From a virus, in the IMG/VR virus record IMGVR_UViG_3300049075_000009, positions 1 through 63,018 of that record: a stretch of DNA of 63,018 bases; one strand, given 5' to 3'. Positions 41,022 through 49,483 of the stretch are shown here, in pieces. The stretch's first letter is position 1. Each line of letters begins with the position of its first letter. Made by a program: the position numbers and the translations under genes. Under the pieces are notes generated by a model that saw only the letters and a list, made by a program, of their open reading frames with translations, searched no databases and had not been told where the DNA came from.

Positions 41022-42169
41022 CAAAATTATTCGCAGATTTGCTTTGTGGCGGTGGCTTGGCAACTGCCGCAGCGATTGCCGCAGGCTTGACACCTATATG
41101 GGCCGTTGAGTCTGACAATAATATAGCAGATTGTTACGAACGTAATTTTGGCAACCATGTGATTCGTGACCTTGTGCAAAATGTAGACTACTCACAATTA
41201 CCGCCTGTGTGGCTTATGCATATGAGTCCTGTCTGCACGAATGCCTCTATTGCAAATTCAAAAGGTAAAGAAACGGAATTTGATATAGACATAGCAAAAG
41301 CCTGCGTCAGAGCGATAAGACAAAATAAACCTATTAACGTGACGATTGAAAATGTTCGCGGCTATCAGAGGTTTAAGGCTTACAGGATTGTCTTAGATGG
41401 CCTCAAAGAACTTGGCTATCAAGTAGGTGCCTACATCCTTAATAGCGCCAACTACGGTGTTCCACAGACCCGCATCCGTTTGATTGTGATGGCCTCTTTG
41501 AGCAAAAGCCCGAGCAAACCATTGCCGACACATCAAAAGGCTGGGGAAGGGCAAGCAGGGCTCTTTTCTACCGATTTGCCGAAATGGGTTGGCTGGTATG
41601 AGGCGATTGAGGATTTAATTCCGGACTTGCCAGAGTCGAAGTTTGCGGATTGGCAATTGAGCAGACTGCCAGCGGAACTTTCAACGATGCTTGTTGGTGC
41701 TGGCGGCTATGACGGTACGGTGGCGCAGGCAAAAGAGGATTCGCCCTGTTTTACCATCACGGCTAACCAGAATCAGAAAGACCAGTTGCGCGCCTTCATC
41801 ATCAACGAATCATCCACAATGGAATGCAGAGCGGCGAATGAACCCTGCGCTTCTCAAGTTGCCAGCGGTCGCAATCTGAATCAACGGGCGTTCATCATTG
41901 ACGGCAAACCAGCCAATTACGCCGGCGACCTTCAGATTTGCGCAAGTCACAACCCGGTTGTGACTTTGACGGCAACGCAACCACAGCACCCTTTCAGGGC
42001 TTGGTTGGATAGTGGCAAGGTGGTCAAGATGACGCCAAGGTGCTTGGCAAGATTTCAAAGCCTTCCTGACTGGTACGAATTGCCACCCGACGATGGCCTG
42101 AGTTGCAAAATCATCGGCAACGGTGTGGCTGTACTGAAAATGCAAAGAGTATTTGAGCAGTTCAAGTAA
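41018..42169 (+). CDS. DNA (cytosine-5)-methyltransferase
   Basis: ATGA coupling to the HNH gene. Motif I FADLLCGGGL, motif IV-like SPVCTNAS, VI TIENVRG, VIII QTRIRL, X IGNGVAV. Confidence 0.75.
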   Translation: MTKLFADLLCGGGLATAAAIAAGLTPIWAVESDNNIADCYERNFGNHVIRDLVQNVDYSQLPPVWLMHMSPVCTNASIANSKGKETEFDIDIAKACVRAIRQNKPINVTIENVRGYQRFKAYRIVLDGLKELGYQVGAYILNSANYGVPQTRIRLIVMASLSKSPSKPLPTHQKAGEGQAGLFSTDLPKWVGWYEAIEDLIPDLPESKFADWQLSRLPAELSTMLVGAGGYDGTVAQAKEDSPCFTITANQNQKDQLRAFIINESSTMECRAANEPCASQVASGRNLNQRAFIIDGKPANYAGDLQICASHNPVVTLTATQPQHPFRAWLDSGKVVKMTPRCLARFQSLPDWYELPPDDGLSCKIIGNGVAVLKMQRVFEQFK

Positions 42170-42208
42170 TGTCTTTTTTGGCGGCGGGCGGGGGAGGGGT
42201 AGAGGGAT

Positions 42209-42595
42209 ATGAAGGAGCAACTTAGCTTAACATTTAGCGAACGAGACGAGCTTTACAGCCGCCTCTTCTCTGATGTGAGCAAAGAGCTGCTGGCGAAGTT
42301 CAAGGAGTTCCACGCTGACAATCCTATTATCTACGACCTGTTCAGAAAGTATGCATTAGAAGCAAAGGCGGCAGGCAGAAAGCGGTTCTCACACTGGATG
42401 ATACTGAACCGCATACGTTGGTATTCAACCGTTGAAACCACGGGGGATGATTACAAAATCTCCAACGACTACATAGCCATCTATGCGCGGTTACTGGTGT
42501 GGCAGATGCCGGAATTTGAGGGGTTCTTTTTGTTGAAGCAATGCAACCCCGACAGAAAACTTAGACAGACCAGAGAAGGAGCGGCGGCAGTATGA
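42209..42595 (+). CDS. Hypothetical protein (128 aa)
   Basis: ATG preceded by GGGGAGGGG. Confidence 0.5.
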   Translation: MKEQLSLTFSERDELYSRLFSDVSKELLAKFKEFHADNPIIYDLFRKYALEAKAAGRKRFSHWMILNRIRWYSTVETTGDDYKISNDYIAIYARLLVWQMPEFEGFFLLKQCNPDRKLRQTREGAAAV

Positions 42596-43125
42596 GCATA
42601 GGCCAAACACTACCACCCAGGAGCCCGCTGGAATTTGAGGGCCGCAACATCCGCACACCTAAGCGGTCAAGCAGTATAAACGACCTCTACTTGGTGCAAT
42701 TTGAAATCACCCGCGAGGCTTGGGAGGCACTGGAAACCATACCTAAGACTGCAATCTTAGGCGGTTATATCTGGTATTCAGATGGCGACCCTGAAGAAGA
42801 ATCGCCAATTGACCTCAAGATAAAGAAGCCTCGCAAAAAGGATTTAACACCCAAAGGCCCACACGGTGATTACTGGAACAGGATGCACGTTCGCGGAGTC
42901 TTGCACAATAACGACCTGGCGGAAGCCTTGAGACTTGAGGGCGCTGAGTTTCCAGACGGCGGCAATCATATTGAAGTCGCGTTGAGAGCGCGGTTTGAAG
43001 TTAGCTCAAAGACCTTTATCAGTCCTGATGATTTCGAGCAATTTCTTGAGCGCCATCACCTTGCGAACCTTGTCACGCTCAGCAGGCAGGAACGGGCGAA
43101 GCTAGCGGAAAAGGCGCGAGCATGA
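42592..43125 (+). CDS. Hypothetical protein (177 aa)
   Basis: ATGA coupling to the upstream gene. Confidence 0.5.
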   Translation: MSIGQTLPPRSPLEFEGRNIRTPKRSSSINDLYLVQFEITREAWEALETIPKTAILGGYIWYSDGDPEEESPIDLKIKKPRKKDLTPKGPHGDYWNRMHVRGVLHNNDLAEALRLEGAEFPDGGNHIEVALRARFEVSSKTFISPDDFEQFLERHHLANLVTLSRQERAKLAEKARA

Positions 43126-43382
43126 ACGAAATCAAATTCATTTCTACATTAGACAAACTACCGGAGCCTGCGTGGTATGACCGCCACATCGCGCTTACCG
43201 AAGAAGGCTATGTCTATATGCTGACCTACACGCCGGACGATAGAAAGAAAGGCTATTGGTCAGACAATGAGCATGACAGCGGTGCGGTTATTGGCTGGGT
43301 TGACGGTTCAGAAATTCAAGCGGCGGCGAAGGTTCAGTTCAATGAACTGCATACGCGCTTTGAAGATGACCGCGATAGTTAG
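43122..43382 (+). CDS. Hypothetical protein (86 aa)
   Basis: ATGA coupling to the upstream gene. Confidence 0.5.
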   Translation: MNEIKFISTLDKLPEPAWYDRHIALTEEGYVYMLTYTPDDRKKGYWSDNEHDSGAVIGWVDGSEIQAAAKVQFNELHTRFEDDRDS

Positions 43383-43395
43383 GCGAAGAAATATG

Positions 43396-43424
43396 TTGAT
43401 TTTACGCACTTTTTCATTTATTCT
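43396..43424 (+). promoter_or_regulatory. Candidate promoter TTGATT-17 nt-TATTCT
   Basis: -35 at 43396-43401 and -10 at 43419-43424. The predicted start near 43431 coincides with the 5' arm of the long-range stem. Confidence 0.35.
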
Positions 43425-43430
43425 GTCAGC

Positions 43431-43555
43431 GACTAGGAGCGAAGCCTTTTTTGTTGGTTCAAAAGATGGCTCGTACCACAAATTAAAATCTCACTGTAGC
43501 CTTTGTGCGCTGCCGTTTCTTTGTCGAACCGACAAAGTTGCTTCGCTTCCTAGTC
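43431..43555 (+). other. Long-range stem (GACTAGGA-GCGAAGC / GCTTCGC-T-TCCTAGTC) enclosing a perfect 8-bp hairpin; structured leader or ncRNA
   Basis: 15 bp of complementarity between 43431-43445 and 43540-43555 with one bulge. Inner hairpin CTTTGTCG-AAC-CGACAAAG at 43519-43537. Confidence 0.4.
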
Positions 43556-43652
43556 AGAACGAGCGCGGCGGCGCATCAAGGCTATTTTCTTTTTCTCCTG
43601 CCTTTTTCGCCGCAAACCATCTCGTCAAATCCAACAGAATCGAGGTAACAGC

Positions 43653-44297
43653 ATGAGCGCAAGACCGCAGCAAGCAAATGACAGGTTTAAGGACTACATT
43701 CCGGTAGCAGAGCGCGTAGAGCTATTCTACGCCGATTATCCAGAGGGCAGAATCAACACAGCCATTATGGAACACGACGCCGAGCGCGGATTTATCTTGA
43801 TGCGCGCCGAAGTCTATCGCCAGAAAGATGATGCGCTGCCATCGTCAACGGGCCACGCCTACGAAGTCAGAGGCGAGGGTCACGTAAACAAGACCTCTTA
43901 CATAGAAAATTGTGAAACCGGCGCTGTTGGGCGAGCAATTGCCCTACTTGGCTACGAAGTCAAGCGAGGCATCGCCAGCCGCGAAGAGATGCAGAAAGCT
44001 GACAGGATGCCTGAGAACGTCAAGCAGATGCCCTACACCAATCAGACGCAAAAGCAGCCACCGCCAGCGCAGGCCGCAAGTGACGACTGGAAATGCAGCG
44101 CACAGGTGAGGAGCGAAATCCTTGACCTCGAAGCGGCCCTGGATGCGGCTGGCATTAAGTCAGCGCAATTGCGTGATGCCCTCGAAAAGAACAAAGGCAC
44201 ACGCAACCCGGCAACCCTCAATCAAGATGACGCTCTGAGCTATCGGGATTATCTCAAGCAGCGGAATGATAAGGCGCAACAGAAGCAAAGCGCGTAA
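43653..44297 (+). CDS. Putative ssDNA-binding/annealing (recombination) protein
   Basis: 214 aa. The motif NCETGAVGRAIALLGY recalls phage recombinase/SSAP families, but I cannot place it. Lies at the head of the replication module. Confidence 0.3.
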   Translation: MSARPQQANDRFKDYIPVAERVELFYADYPEGRINTAIMEHDAERGFILMRAEVYRQKDDALPSSTGHAYEVRGEGHVNKTSYIENCETGAVGRAIALLGYEVKRGIASREEMQKADRMPENVKQMPYTNQTQKQPPPAQAASDDWKCSAQVRSEILDLEAALDAAGIKSAQLRDALEKNKGTRNPATLNQDDALSYRDYLKQRNDKAQQKQSA

Positions 44298-44422
44298 AGG
44301 ATTCGCCTGCGCGTAGTTTGTTTTAATTTCTATGAAAGGATTTGAGAGGGTCAACGCGCACTCTCTCATCTGCTAGGGGCGGAAAAGAACAGAAAAAAGA
44401 GGCGCGCAGGCGATATTTAAAT

Positions 44423-45142
44423 ATGGAAAAAACTACCATTTTTATCGTTGAGGAGAGAGGCGCAGGGCCAGATTCGGATGCGCTTGAGAAGTGCTGCATA
44501 TGTAATGCTCAGTTTTATTTTTCAAGTTCTTACTACATCCTCAATTATGAAGTCAGTGACGATACGAACGATGATTTTTACACGAACGAGGTTCAGGGCT
44601 TTGTCTGCTTTACCTGCGCCAACGAGTCTGAGCCTCACCTGCGGCAATTACTTGGGAACCAATCAAAAAATTTTAAGCGACATTCTTTGATGGCCGCGCA
44701 ATTTGTCGGGCAGTTCAGTTGGATGGAAAACGACAAGGTGAAGGCTATTTGCGATATAGCTAACCTGCACGACTATGACATCGTAGGCTCTTTGGTGGAG
44801 TCAGACCTTTTTGCCAGGATGAGTGAGGGGGAAATTTTCATTCAAAAACTGAGCGACGCCGAAGCTGAGTATAGAGGCTTCGTCTATCTACTTGGCTCAC
44901 CCGAAGGTTATTGCAAGATAGGCAGGACAATCAATCTTCAATCTCGACTGCATTCAATCGGTCTGCAATTGCCGTTTAAGGTCGAATTACTCCACACAAT
45001 AAAAGTATCCGACCCTGTAAAAGCAGAGAGGTTTTTGCATAAGAAATTTGCCGACTGCCGCACCAACGGCGAATGGTTCCTGCTTTCGATAGAGCAAATC
45101 AACTGGATTAAAGAGCAAGCGAGTTTGGAAGGACTGTATTAG
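44423..45142 (+). CDS. T5orf172/MUG113 (GIY-YIG superfamily) domain protein with N-terminal Cys motifs
   Basis: Internal ATG 44423. C-terminus GFVYLLGSPEGYCKIGRTINLQSRL....PFKVELLHTI...D....E..LHKKF...R..GEWF matches the T5orf172 pattern. Confidence 0.6.
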   Translation: MEKTTIFIVEERGAGPDSDALEKCCICNAQFYFSSSYYILNYEVSDDTNDDFYTNEVQGFVCFTCANESEPHLRQLLGNQSKNFKRHSLMAAQFVGQFSWMENDKVKAICDIANLHDYDIVGSLVESDLFARMSEGEIFIQKLSDAEAEYRGFVYLLGSPEGYCKIGRTINLQSRLHSIGLQLPFKVELLHTIKVSDPVKAERFLHKKFADCRTNGEWFLLSIEQINWIKEQASLEGLY

Positions 45143-45152
45143 GGTTTAATCA

Positions 45153-46001
45153 ATGGCATATGTACCGGAAGAGGCTTTAGACAGACACGACGAGGTGACA
45201 GGCAATGCTTTCAAGCTATTTGTCTATTACTGCTCGAAAGCCGATAAGGAAACCGGGGAGTCATTTTATAAATCAGAGGACATTGCTACCAAAATGAAGT
45301 GGAAGAAAAACCACATCTACGAGCACAGGAAAGCTTTAGCAGAAGCCCACTGGATAGCCATTAACGCAGACCACGTTAAGGTGCTATTTGGCTTTCCGAG
45401 GCCGAAAAGCAAGTCCGAAAACGGGACTAAAGCAAGTCCGAAAACGGGACTAGCCAAGTCCGAAAATCGTACCTCAATTGTACCCGCACAGGTACAAAAA
45501 CAGGACTCGATAAGTCCGAAAATCGTACCGGCTGAGTCCGAAAACGGGACTAGCCAAGTCCGAAAACGGGACTTCCCTATAAAGGAAGAACCAGACCAAT
45601 TAACCAGACCAATTAACCAGACCAAAGAACCATCTAGCGAACCTGACGATTCGCCCAAAGCGGATAAGGCTACCCTAGAGAAAATCTTTTTCGAGAAGTA
45701 CGAGGTTCACTATCAGGCGAAGTACCAGAGCAAGGCCGGGGATTTTGTGCAGTTGAACGCGACAATCAGGGCACAGGCTCAAATCCTCACGGTTGTGAAC
45801 TGGACATTGGCGACTGAGAACTATTTCAAGTCTGAGTTTGGCGTTCATACATTGGCGCAATTATCAACCCTTTACCCAAGCCTGATGAAATATCCGGTAG
45901 ACAGGTATAAGCAGCCGATCAAAGGAAACGGTTATGGAAACACTCAACAAAGCGGGACTGGCACTGGTCAATCAAATAAGTACGCTCAGCACAGTAAGTG
46001 A
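45153..46001 (+). CDS. Replication initiator (lambda O-like / wHTH) containing the origin iterons
   Basis: N-terminal wHTH-like region. The central part is encoded by six iterons. It is followed by a helicase-loader gene, the lambda O-P arrangement. Confidence 0.6.
   Translation: MAYVPEEALDRHDEVTGNAFKLFVYYCSKADKETGESFYKSEDIATKMKWKKNHIYEHRKALAEAHWIAINADHVKVLFGFPRPKSKSENGTKASPKTGLAKSENRTSIVPAQVQKQDSISPKIVPAESENGTSQVRKRDFPIKEEPDQLTRPINQTKEPSSEPDDSPKADKATLEKIFFEKYEVHYQAKYQSKAGDFVQLNATIRAQAQILTVVNWTLATENYFKSEFGVHTLAQLSTLYPSLMKYPVDRYKQPIKGNGYGNTQQSGTGTGQSNKYAQHSK
45411..45573 (+). repeat. Six 18-bp iterons (A/G)AGTCCGAAAA(C/T)(G/C)G(G/T)AC(T/C); putative ori
   Basis: Copies at 45411, 45434, 45456, 45512, 45534 and 45556, as two triplets with 22-23-bp spacing. 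The triplets flank the inverted repeat TTGTACC-6 nt-GGTACAA. Confidence 0.75.
45591..45629 (+). repeat. Tandem repeat CCAGACCAATTAA x ~3
   Basis: ccagaccaattaa ccagaccaattaa ccagaccaaagaa, immediately downstream of the iterons. Confidence 0.7.
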
Positions 46002-46653
46002 TTGGGCTGAGTGCCTACGGTGCCACCAATCCTACAGGCCGTCCGGTATGGGTTCGGATGGCGTTTGCAAGACCTGTGTAGGGGCTGCCGCCAAACGTCT
46101 TGAAAGATTGGAAACCATCTTGAGTAAACGAGCAATGGTTGAGCATACGGTTGAGCGGTTTGGGGTTACAAACGAAAACCGGGCAGCTTACGAGGCCGCT
46201 ATAAACTTCGACCCGTTGAGCGAATCGCTTTTCCTGTTTGGGGAGTGCGGCGTGGGGAAATCTCACCTTGCCTCTCTCATTATCCGCGATGCGGTTGAAC
46301 GCGAGCTGCGCTCCATCCTCCAGGTTGAACCGTCCGAAATGTTGCGGGTTATCAACTCGGCTCTGAACGATTCTGCGGAGGCTGAAGGGCGCGCGGTTAA
46401 TAAATTCGTCGGCGCTAGCTTGTTGGTGCTTGATGATTTGGGCGTCGAGAAGGTCACGGATTACAAGCTGGAGAAATTGTATGAAGTTATCAACGGAAGG
46501 GATAAAGCAATGCAGTCCGGTTTGGTCATAACCTCAAATTACACTCTTGATGGCATCGCTGACCGCCTGAAGGATGACCGGATTCCATCACGGATTAAAG
46601 GTATGTGCAAGGTGATTCGCGTTGGCGGCATTGACCACAGGTTGAGCAAATAA
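45934..46653 (+). CDS. DnaC/IstB-like AAA+ helicase loader
   Basis: Walker A LFGECGVGKSHLA and Walker B LLVLDDLGVEK. ATG preceded by AAGGAAA. Overlaps the initiator 3' end. Confidence 0.75.
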   Translation: METLNKAGLALVNQISTLSTVSDWAECLRCHQSYRPSGMGSDGVCKTCVGAAAKRLERLETILSKRAMVEHTVERFGVTNENRAAYEAAINFDPLSESLFLFGECGVGKSHLASLIIRDAVERELRSILQVEPSEMLRVINSALNDSAEAEGRAVNKFVGASLLVLDDLGVEKVTDYKLEKLYEVINGRDKAMQSGLVITSNYTLDGIADRLKDDRIPSRIKGMCKVIRVGGIDHRLSK

Positions 46654-46787
46654 TGGACGAAGTGCCCGACAACATCACGCCAATGGCTAAGCGGTGCGTA
46701 AGGTGCAAAATTGCCCTCGTCTTTGACGGCAGTTCAATTTGCGACATTTGCTTTGAAGATGAGTTTGACGGACACGCGGCGGATTAA
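46653..46787 (+). CDS. Small zinc-ribbon protein (44 aa)
   Basis: TAATG coupling. ...KRCVRCKIALVFDGSSICDICFEDEF... Confidence 0.4.
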   Translation: MDEVPDNITPMAKRCVRCKIALVFDGSSICDICFEDEFDGHAAD

Positions 46788-46791
46788 TGCT

Positions 46792-47289
46792 ATGCAGGAA
46801 CGAATGAGCGCAAGTGAATATTTGAAGATGATTGAGTCTGCGAAACCGACTGAACCCGCGCCGGTCAAGAAACGTTTCCTCATCGGCCTCGACCCTGGCG
46901 TACAAACCGGCATAAGCCAGTACGACAGGCGCGACAAGTGCCTCTTGGTTTGTGAGACGACGGACTTTTGGGGCGCGATAGATAGGGTGTTTAGGCTGAG
47001 TGACCCCGCTGATTGTGTTGTGTACGTTGAGGATGCCAGCCTAATTAAATTCACATTTGAGCAGAAGGGTGAAGGCACCTATCAGGACAGGATAAGCAGG
47101 AACGCGGGAAGAATACAGAGAGAAAGCGAGTTGCTTATTGAGGGGCTGCAAAGGGCTGGTTATGAGGTTGTGCGACTCAAGCCATCTGGTAAAAAGTGGG
47201 ATGCAAAGGAATTTCAAAGGATTACCGGGTGGAAAGGTCGCACCAACGCGCACCAACGCGATGCAGCTCGCTTTGTGTTTGGTCTTTGA
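46792..47289 (+). CDS. RuvC-like Holliday junction resolvase
   Basis: FLIGLDPGVQTG (Asp), VVYVEDAS (Glu), NAHQRDAARF (His/Asp), the RuvC catalytic pattern. Confidence 0.65.
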   Translation: MQERMSASEYLKMIESAKPTEPAPVKKRFLIGLDPGVQTGISQYDRRDKCLLVCETTDFWGAIDRVFRLSDPADCVVYVEDASLIKFTFEQKGEGTYQDRISRNAGRIQRESELLIEGLQRAGYEVVRLKPSGKKWDAKEFQRITGWKGRTNAHQRDAARFVFGL

Positions 47290-47331
47290 GTAATCAGCCC
47301 CTCCCCAGCCGCCAGACGAAAGGGATAAATT

Positions 47332-47526
47332 ATGAACGAACCATGTGTGACATTCATCGCGCAGTCAAAGTATTCAGGCAAGTGCGCCGTTTTCAATTGT
47401 GCGAATAGATGGCGAGCGGGCCAACAATGCTATTGGAGCCAGCGCACGAGACAGGTGTTTTGCATAGAGCACGGCGAAGATTTGCTTAGCCAGCAGGAAG
47501 CAGAGGGAAAGGCCATTGATAGGTAA
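47332..47526 (+). CDS. Small Cys-containing protein (64 aa)
   Basis: ATG ORF. Confidence 0.45.
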   Translation: MNEPCVTFIAQSKYSGKCAVFNCANRWRAGQQCYWSQRTRQVFCIEHGEDLLSQQEAEGKAIDR

Positions 47527-47554
47527 GGTTGCCCGCCGGGGCGAAGGGGGAAAT

Positions 47555-47905
47555 ATGAACCTTGAAGAAATCAGAGACTTGCTTTTACAGGTTGAATTTT
47601 CTAACTACGAATTTTTAGTAGGGGAAACCAACGGCGTGATGTATTTGCAGGCTCGATACCTCGAAGCCGACATTATCACTGGCGATGAGGAATGGCAGAC
47701 CACCCGCAAATGGCAATTGTCGCCGCATATGGTCAAGAGTGAGATTGTACAGACAGCCTTCAAATGCGCCTTGACCTCAGCCGAGCATCGCGTTAGAGAG
47801 CATTTTCTTTATAAAGGCAAACGCATCTTTGGCCCACATTTCGACGTGGATGCGCTGGTGCAGATTTGCGAGGAGAAGCGCCTGGATTACAGGAGGGACG
47901 CATGA
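47555..47905 (+). CDS. Hypothetical protein (116 aa)
   Basis: Internal ATG preceded by GGGGGAAAT. Confidence 0.5.
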   Translation: MNLEEIRDLLLQVEFSNYEFLVGETNGVMYLQARYLEADIITGDEEWQTTRKWQLSPHMVKSEIVQTAFKCALTSAEHRVREHFLYKGKRIFGPHFDVDALVQICEEKRLDYRRDA

Positions 47906-48054
47906 GCGACGGGCTTTATCGCGTAACAACCTCATACCTATGCGCAGGCTTCGTTGTTAAGGACGGCGATGTAATCCAGTGCGCGCCGATTTTGAGGAAG
48001 AAACTGAATTACTGGATGACGGTAGCGAAAAGAGTGGAGGCCACAACCCGATGA
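47902..48054 (+). CDS. Small hypothetical protein (50 aa)
   Basis: ATGA coupling to the upstream gene. Confidence 0.4.
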   Translation: MSDGLYRVTTSYLCAGFVVKDGDVIQCAPILRKKLNYWMTVAKRVEATTR

Positions 48055-48326
48055 GCCAGTACAAATTACTTATAACCTCACGCCCCTGCGGAAAGACCGA
48101 TGAGTTGTTGGCGATTGTGCCAAGGGTCAAGATGCTCTTTCCGGGACTGACTATTGAAACCGATGTGCAGGACGATAACTGCAAAGGCGAAGGCTTTCCA
48201 CAGACCCGTTTTATTTTGAATGAGCGGATTGTTGCCATCCTCTACGGTTTCAGGACTGAGGAACAGCACCTTGCATTCATCTCAACTGTTGTTGATGTCG
48301 ATTGGGTTTGCAGGTTAGCGAGTTGA
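48051..48326 (+). CDS. Hypothetical protein (91 aa)
   Basis: ATGA coupling to the upstream gene. Confidence 0.45.
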   Translation: MSQYKLLITSRPCGKTDELLAIVPRVKMLFPGLTIETDVQDDNCKGEGFPQTRFILNERIVAILYGFRTEEQHLAFISTVVDVDWVCRLAS

Positions 48327-48452
48327 AAGCGCGATTTAAAGCCCGTAGGCATGAGTTTGGCTTGCCGACCTGCCTCGGATACCTTTTCGAGATAAAAACG
48401 CAGTCAGCGGCTTACTAAAACGTTTAGCGTGGCGGCGGAAAAAGGATTAAGA

Positions 48453-48695
48453 ATGGAAAAAGACGATTTACAGAACAGAATCAAAGAGATGCTGGCTTTG
48501 AAGCCTGAGATTGGCACTATTGTTGTAATGCAAAGAACCTTGCGGGATGTGCTGGCGGAAGTGGGGCAACTGCAATGCGTGGAGATTACTGATTACTACG
48601 TGAGTAACTTTGCGGGGCTTGATGCGCTGGAGCAACCTGAGCCACCGCCTTGCAACTCTTGCATCGTCTGTGTGGCGAAAAGGATTAGAGGGTAG
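48453..48695 (+). CDS. Hypothetical protein (80 aa)
   Basis: ATG 48453; the track start at 48429 is GTG. Confidence 0.45.
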   Translation: MEKDDLQNRIKEMLALKPEIGTIVVMQRTLRDVLAEVGQLQCVEITDYYVSNFAGLDALEQPEPPPCNSCIVCVAKRIRG

Positions 48696-48701
48696 GTTAT
48701 T

Positions 48702-48836
48702 ATGAAAAAGCAAATTCAAGCCATTCTTAAACTCTTCGGGCAATACGCTTTCGCCGCACTGCTCCCCATAGCTTTTGCGTTACAGGCGCATTTATTTTGG
48801 CAACTGATGAGAGAACTGATTTTGGGGGTGAGGTGA
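48702..48836 (+). CDS. Small hydrophobic protein (44 aa)
   Basis: MKKQIQAILKLFGQYAFAALLPIAFALQAHLFWQLM... TGATG coupling to the next gene. Confidence 0.35.
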   Translation: MKKQIQAILKLFGQYAFAALLPIAFALQAHLFWQLMRELILGVR

Positions 48837-49471
48837 TGGCAGCACTAAAGAAGAATAAGATGGCGGCGGTTAAAAAGCCAGCAATCAAAAAACCCGTAGG
48901 AAAAACTAGGGGATTCCAGGGGAACCTGACCCGCTCGAAGGTTGAAACTGCCATCCTACGGGGCAAGACCAAAAAGGAAGCCGCCAAAGAAGCTGGGGTG
49001 AGTGAAAAGCGCGTTGAGCAGATAGCCGCCGAGCCCGATTTTCAGGAACGCATCAAGGCCCGCGTAGAAGCCGCTGGCAACGTTTCGGACAAAGAGGTTA
49101 TTGGCACACTGACTGAGCAGATGCGGGGGGCTGTGACCGATGTATTGCCTGATGACGGTGGGTTTATCACTGAGTTGAAGGCAAGGGGTTTGGGGCATCT
49201 GGTTAAGAAGGTCAAATTGAGGCGGGAAGTTGAGGCGGGTACGAAAAAACAATTTGAGGTTGTGGAGATTGAAGTTCATTCGTCGCAATCGGCGGCGGCG
49301 ATTTTGGGTAAATTTATGGGGCTTGAAACGATGCCGAAACAGAATCCGGTTGATACAACTCGCTACGATGCCGCCATAGTCGCTTACATGAAAGAGCGGG
49401 ATTGCAGTAGAGAAGAAGCTGAGGCCGTGTTTCAGGCCGCAGGCGAAGTGGCGAGTAAGTTTGTGAGTTGA
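48836..49471 (+). CDS. terS: Terminase small subunit-like HTH protein
   Basis: Internal ATG 48836. Basic N-terminus, HTH GKTKKEAAKEAGVSEKRVEQI. Position upstream of terL, though with several small genes between. Confidence 0.5.
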   Translation: MAALKKNKMAAVKKPAIKKPVGKTRGFQGNLTRSKVETAILRGKTKKEAAKEAGVSEKRVEQIAAEPDFQERIKARVEAAGNVSDKEVIGTLTEQMRGAVTDVLPDDGGFITELKARGLGHLVKKVKLRREVEAGTKKQFEVVEIEVHSSQSAAAILGKFMGLETMPKQNPVDTTRYDAAIVAYMKERDCSREEAEAVFQAAGEVASKFVS

Positions 49472-49483
49472 GGTAAAAATCAT

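Noticed and set aside
43267-43656. 129-aa + strand ORF covering the 43383-43652 gap
   Set aside because: Its first third is an out-of-frame overlap of the well-coupled gene 43122-43382. The rest runs through the long-range stem and hairpin and translates to low-complexity sequence.
45411-45573. Regularly spaced 18-bp repeats that superficially resemble a mini CRISPR array
   Set aside because: The spacers are only 4-5 bp, the repeats lie inside an ORF in frame, and the arrangement (two triplets around a dyad, inside an initiator gene, next to a helicase loader) is that of origin iterons.
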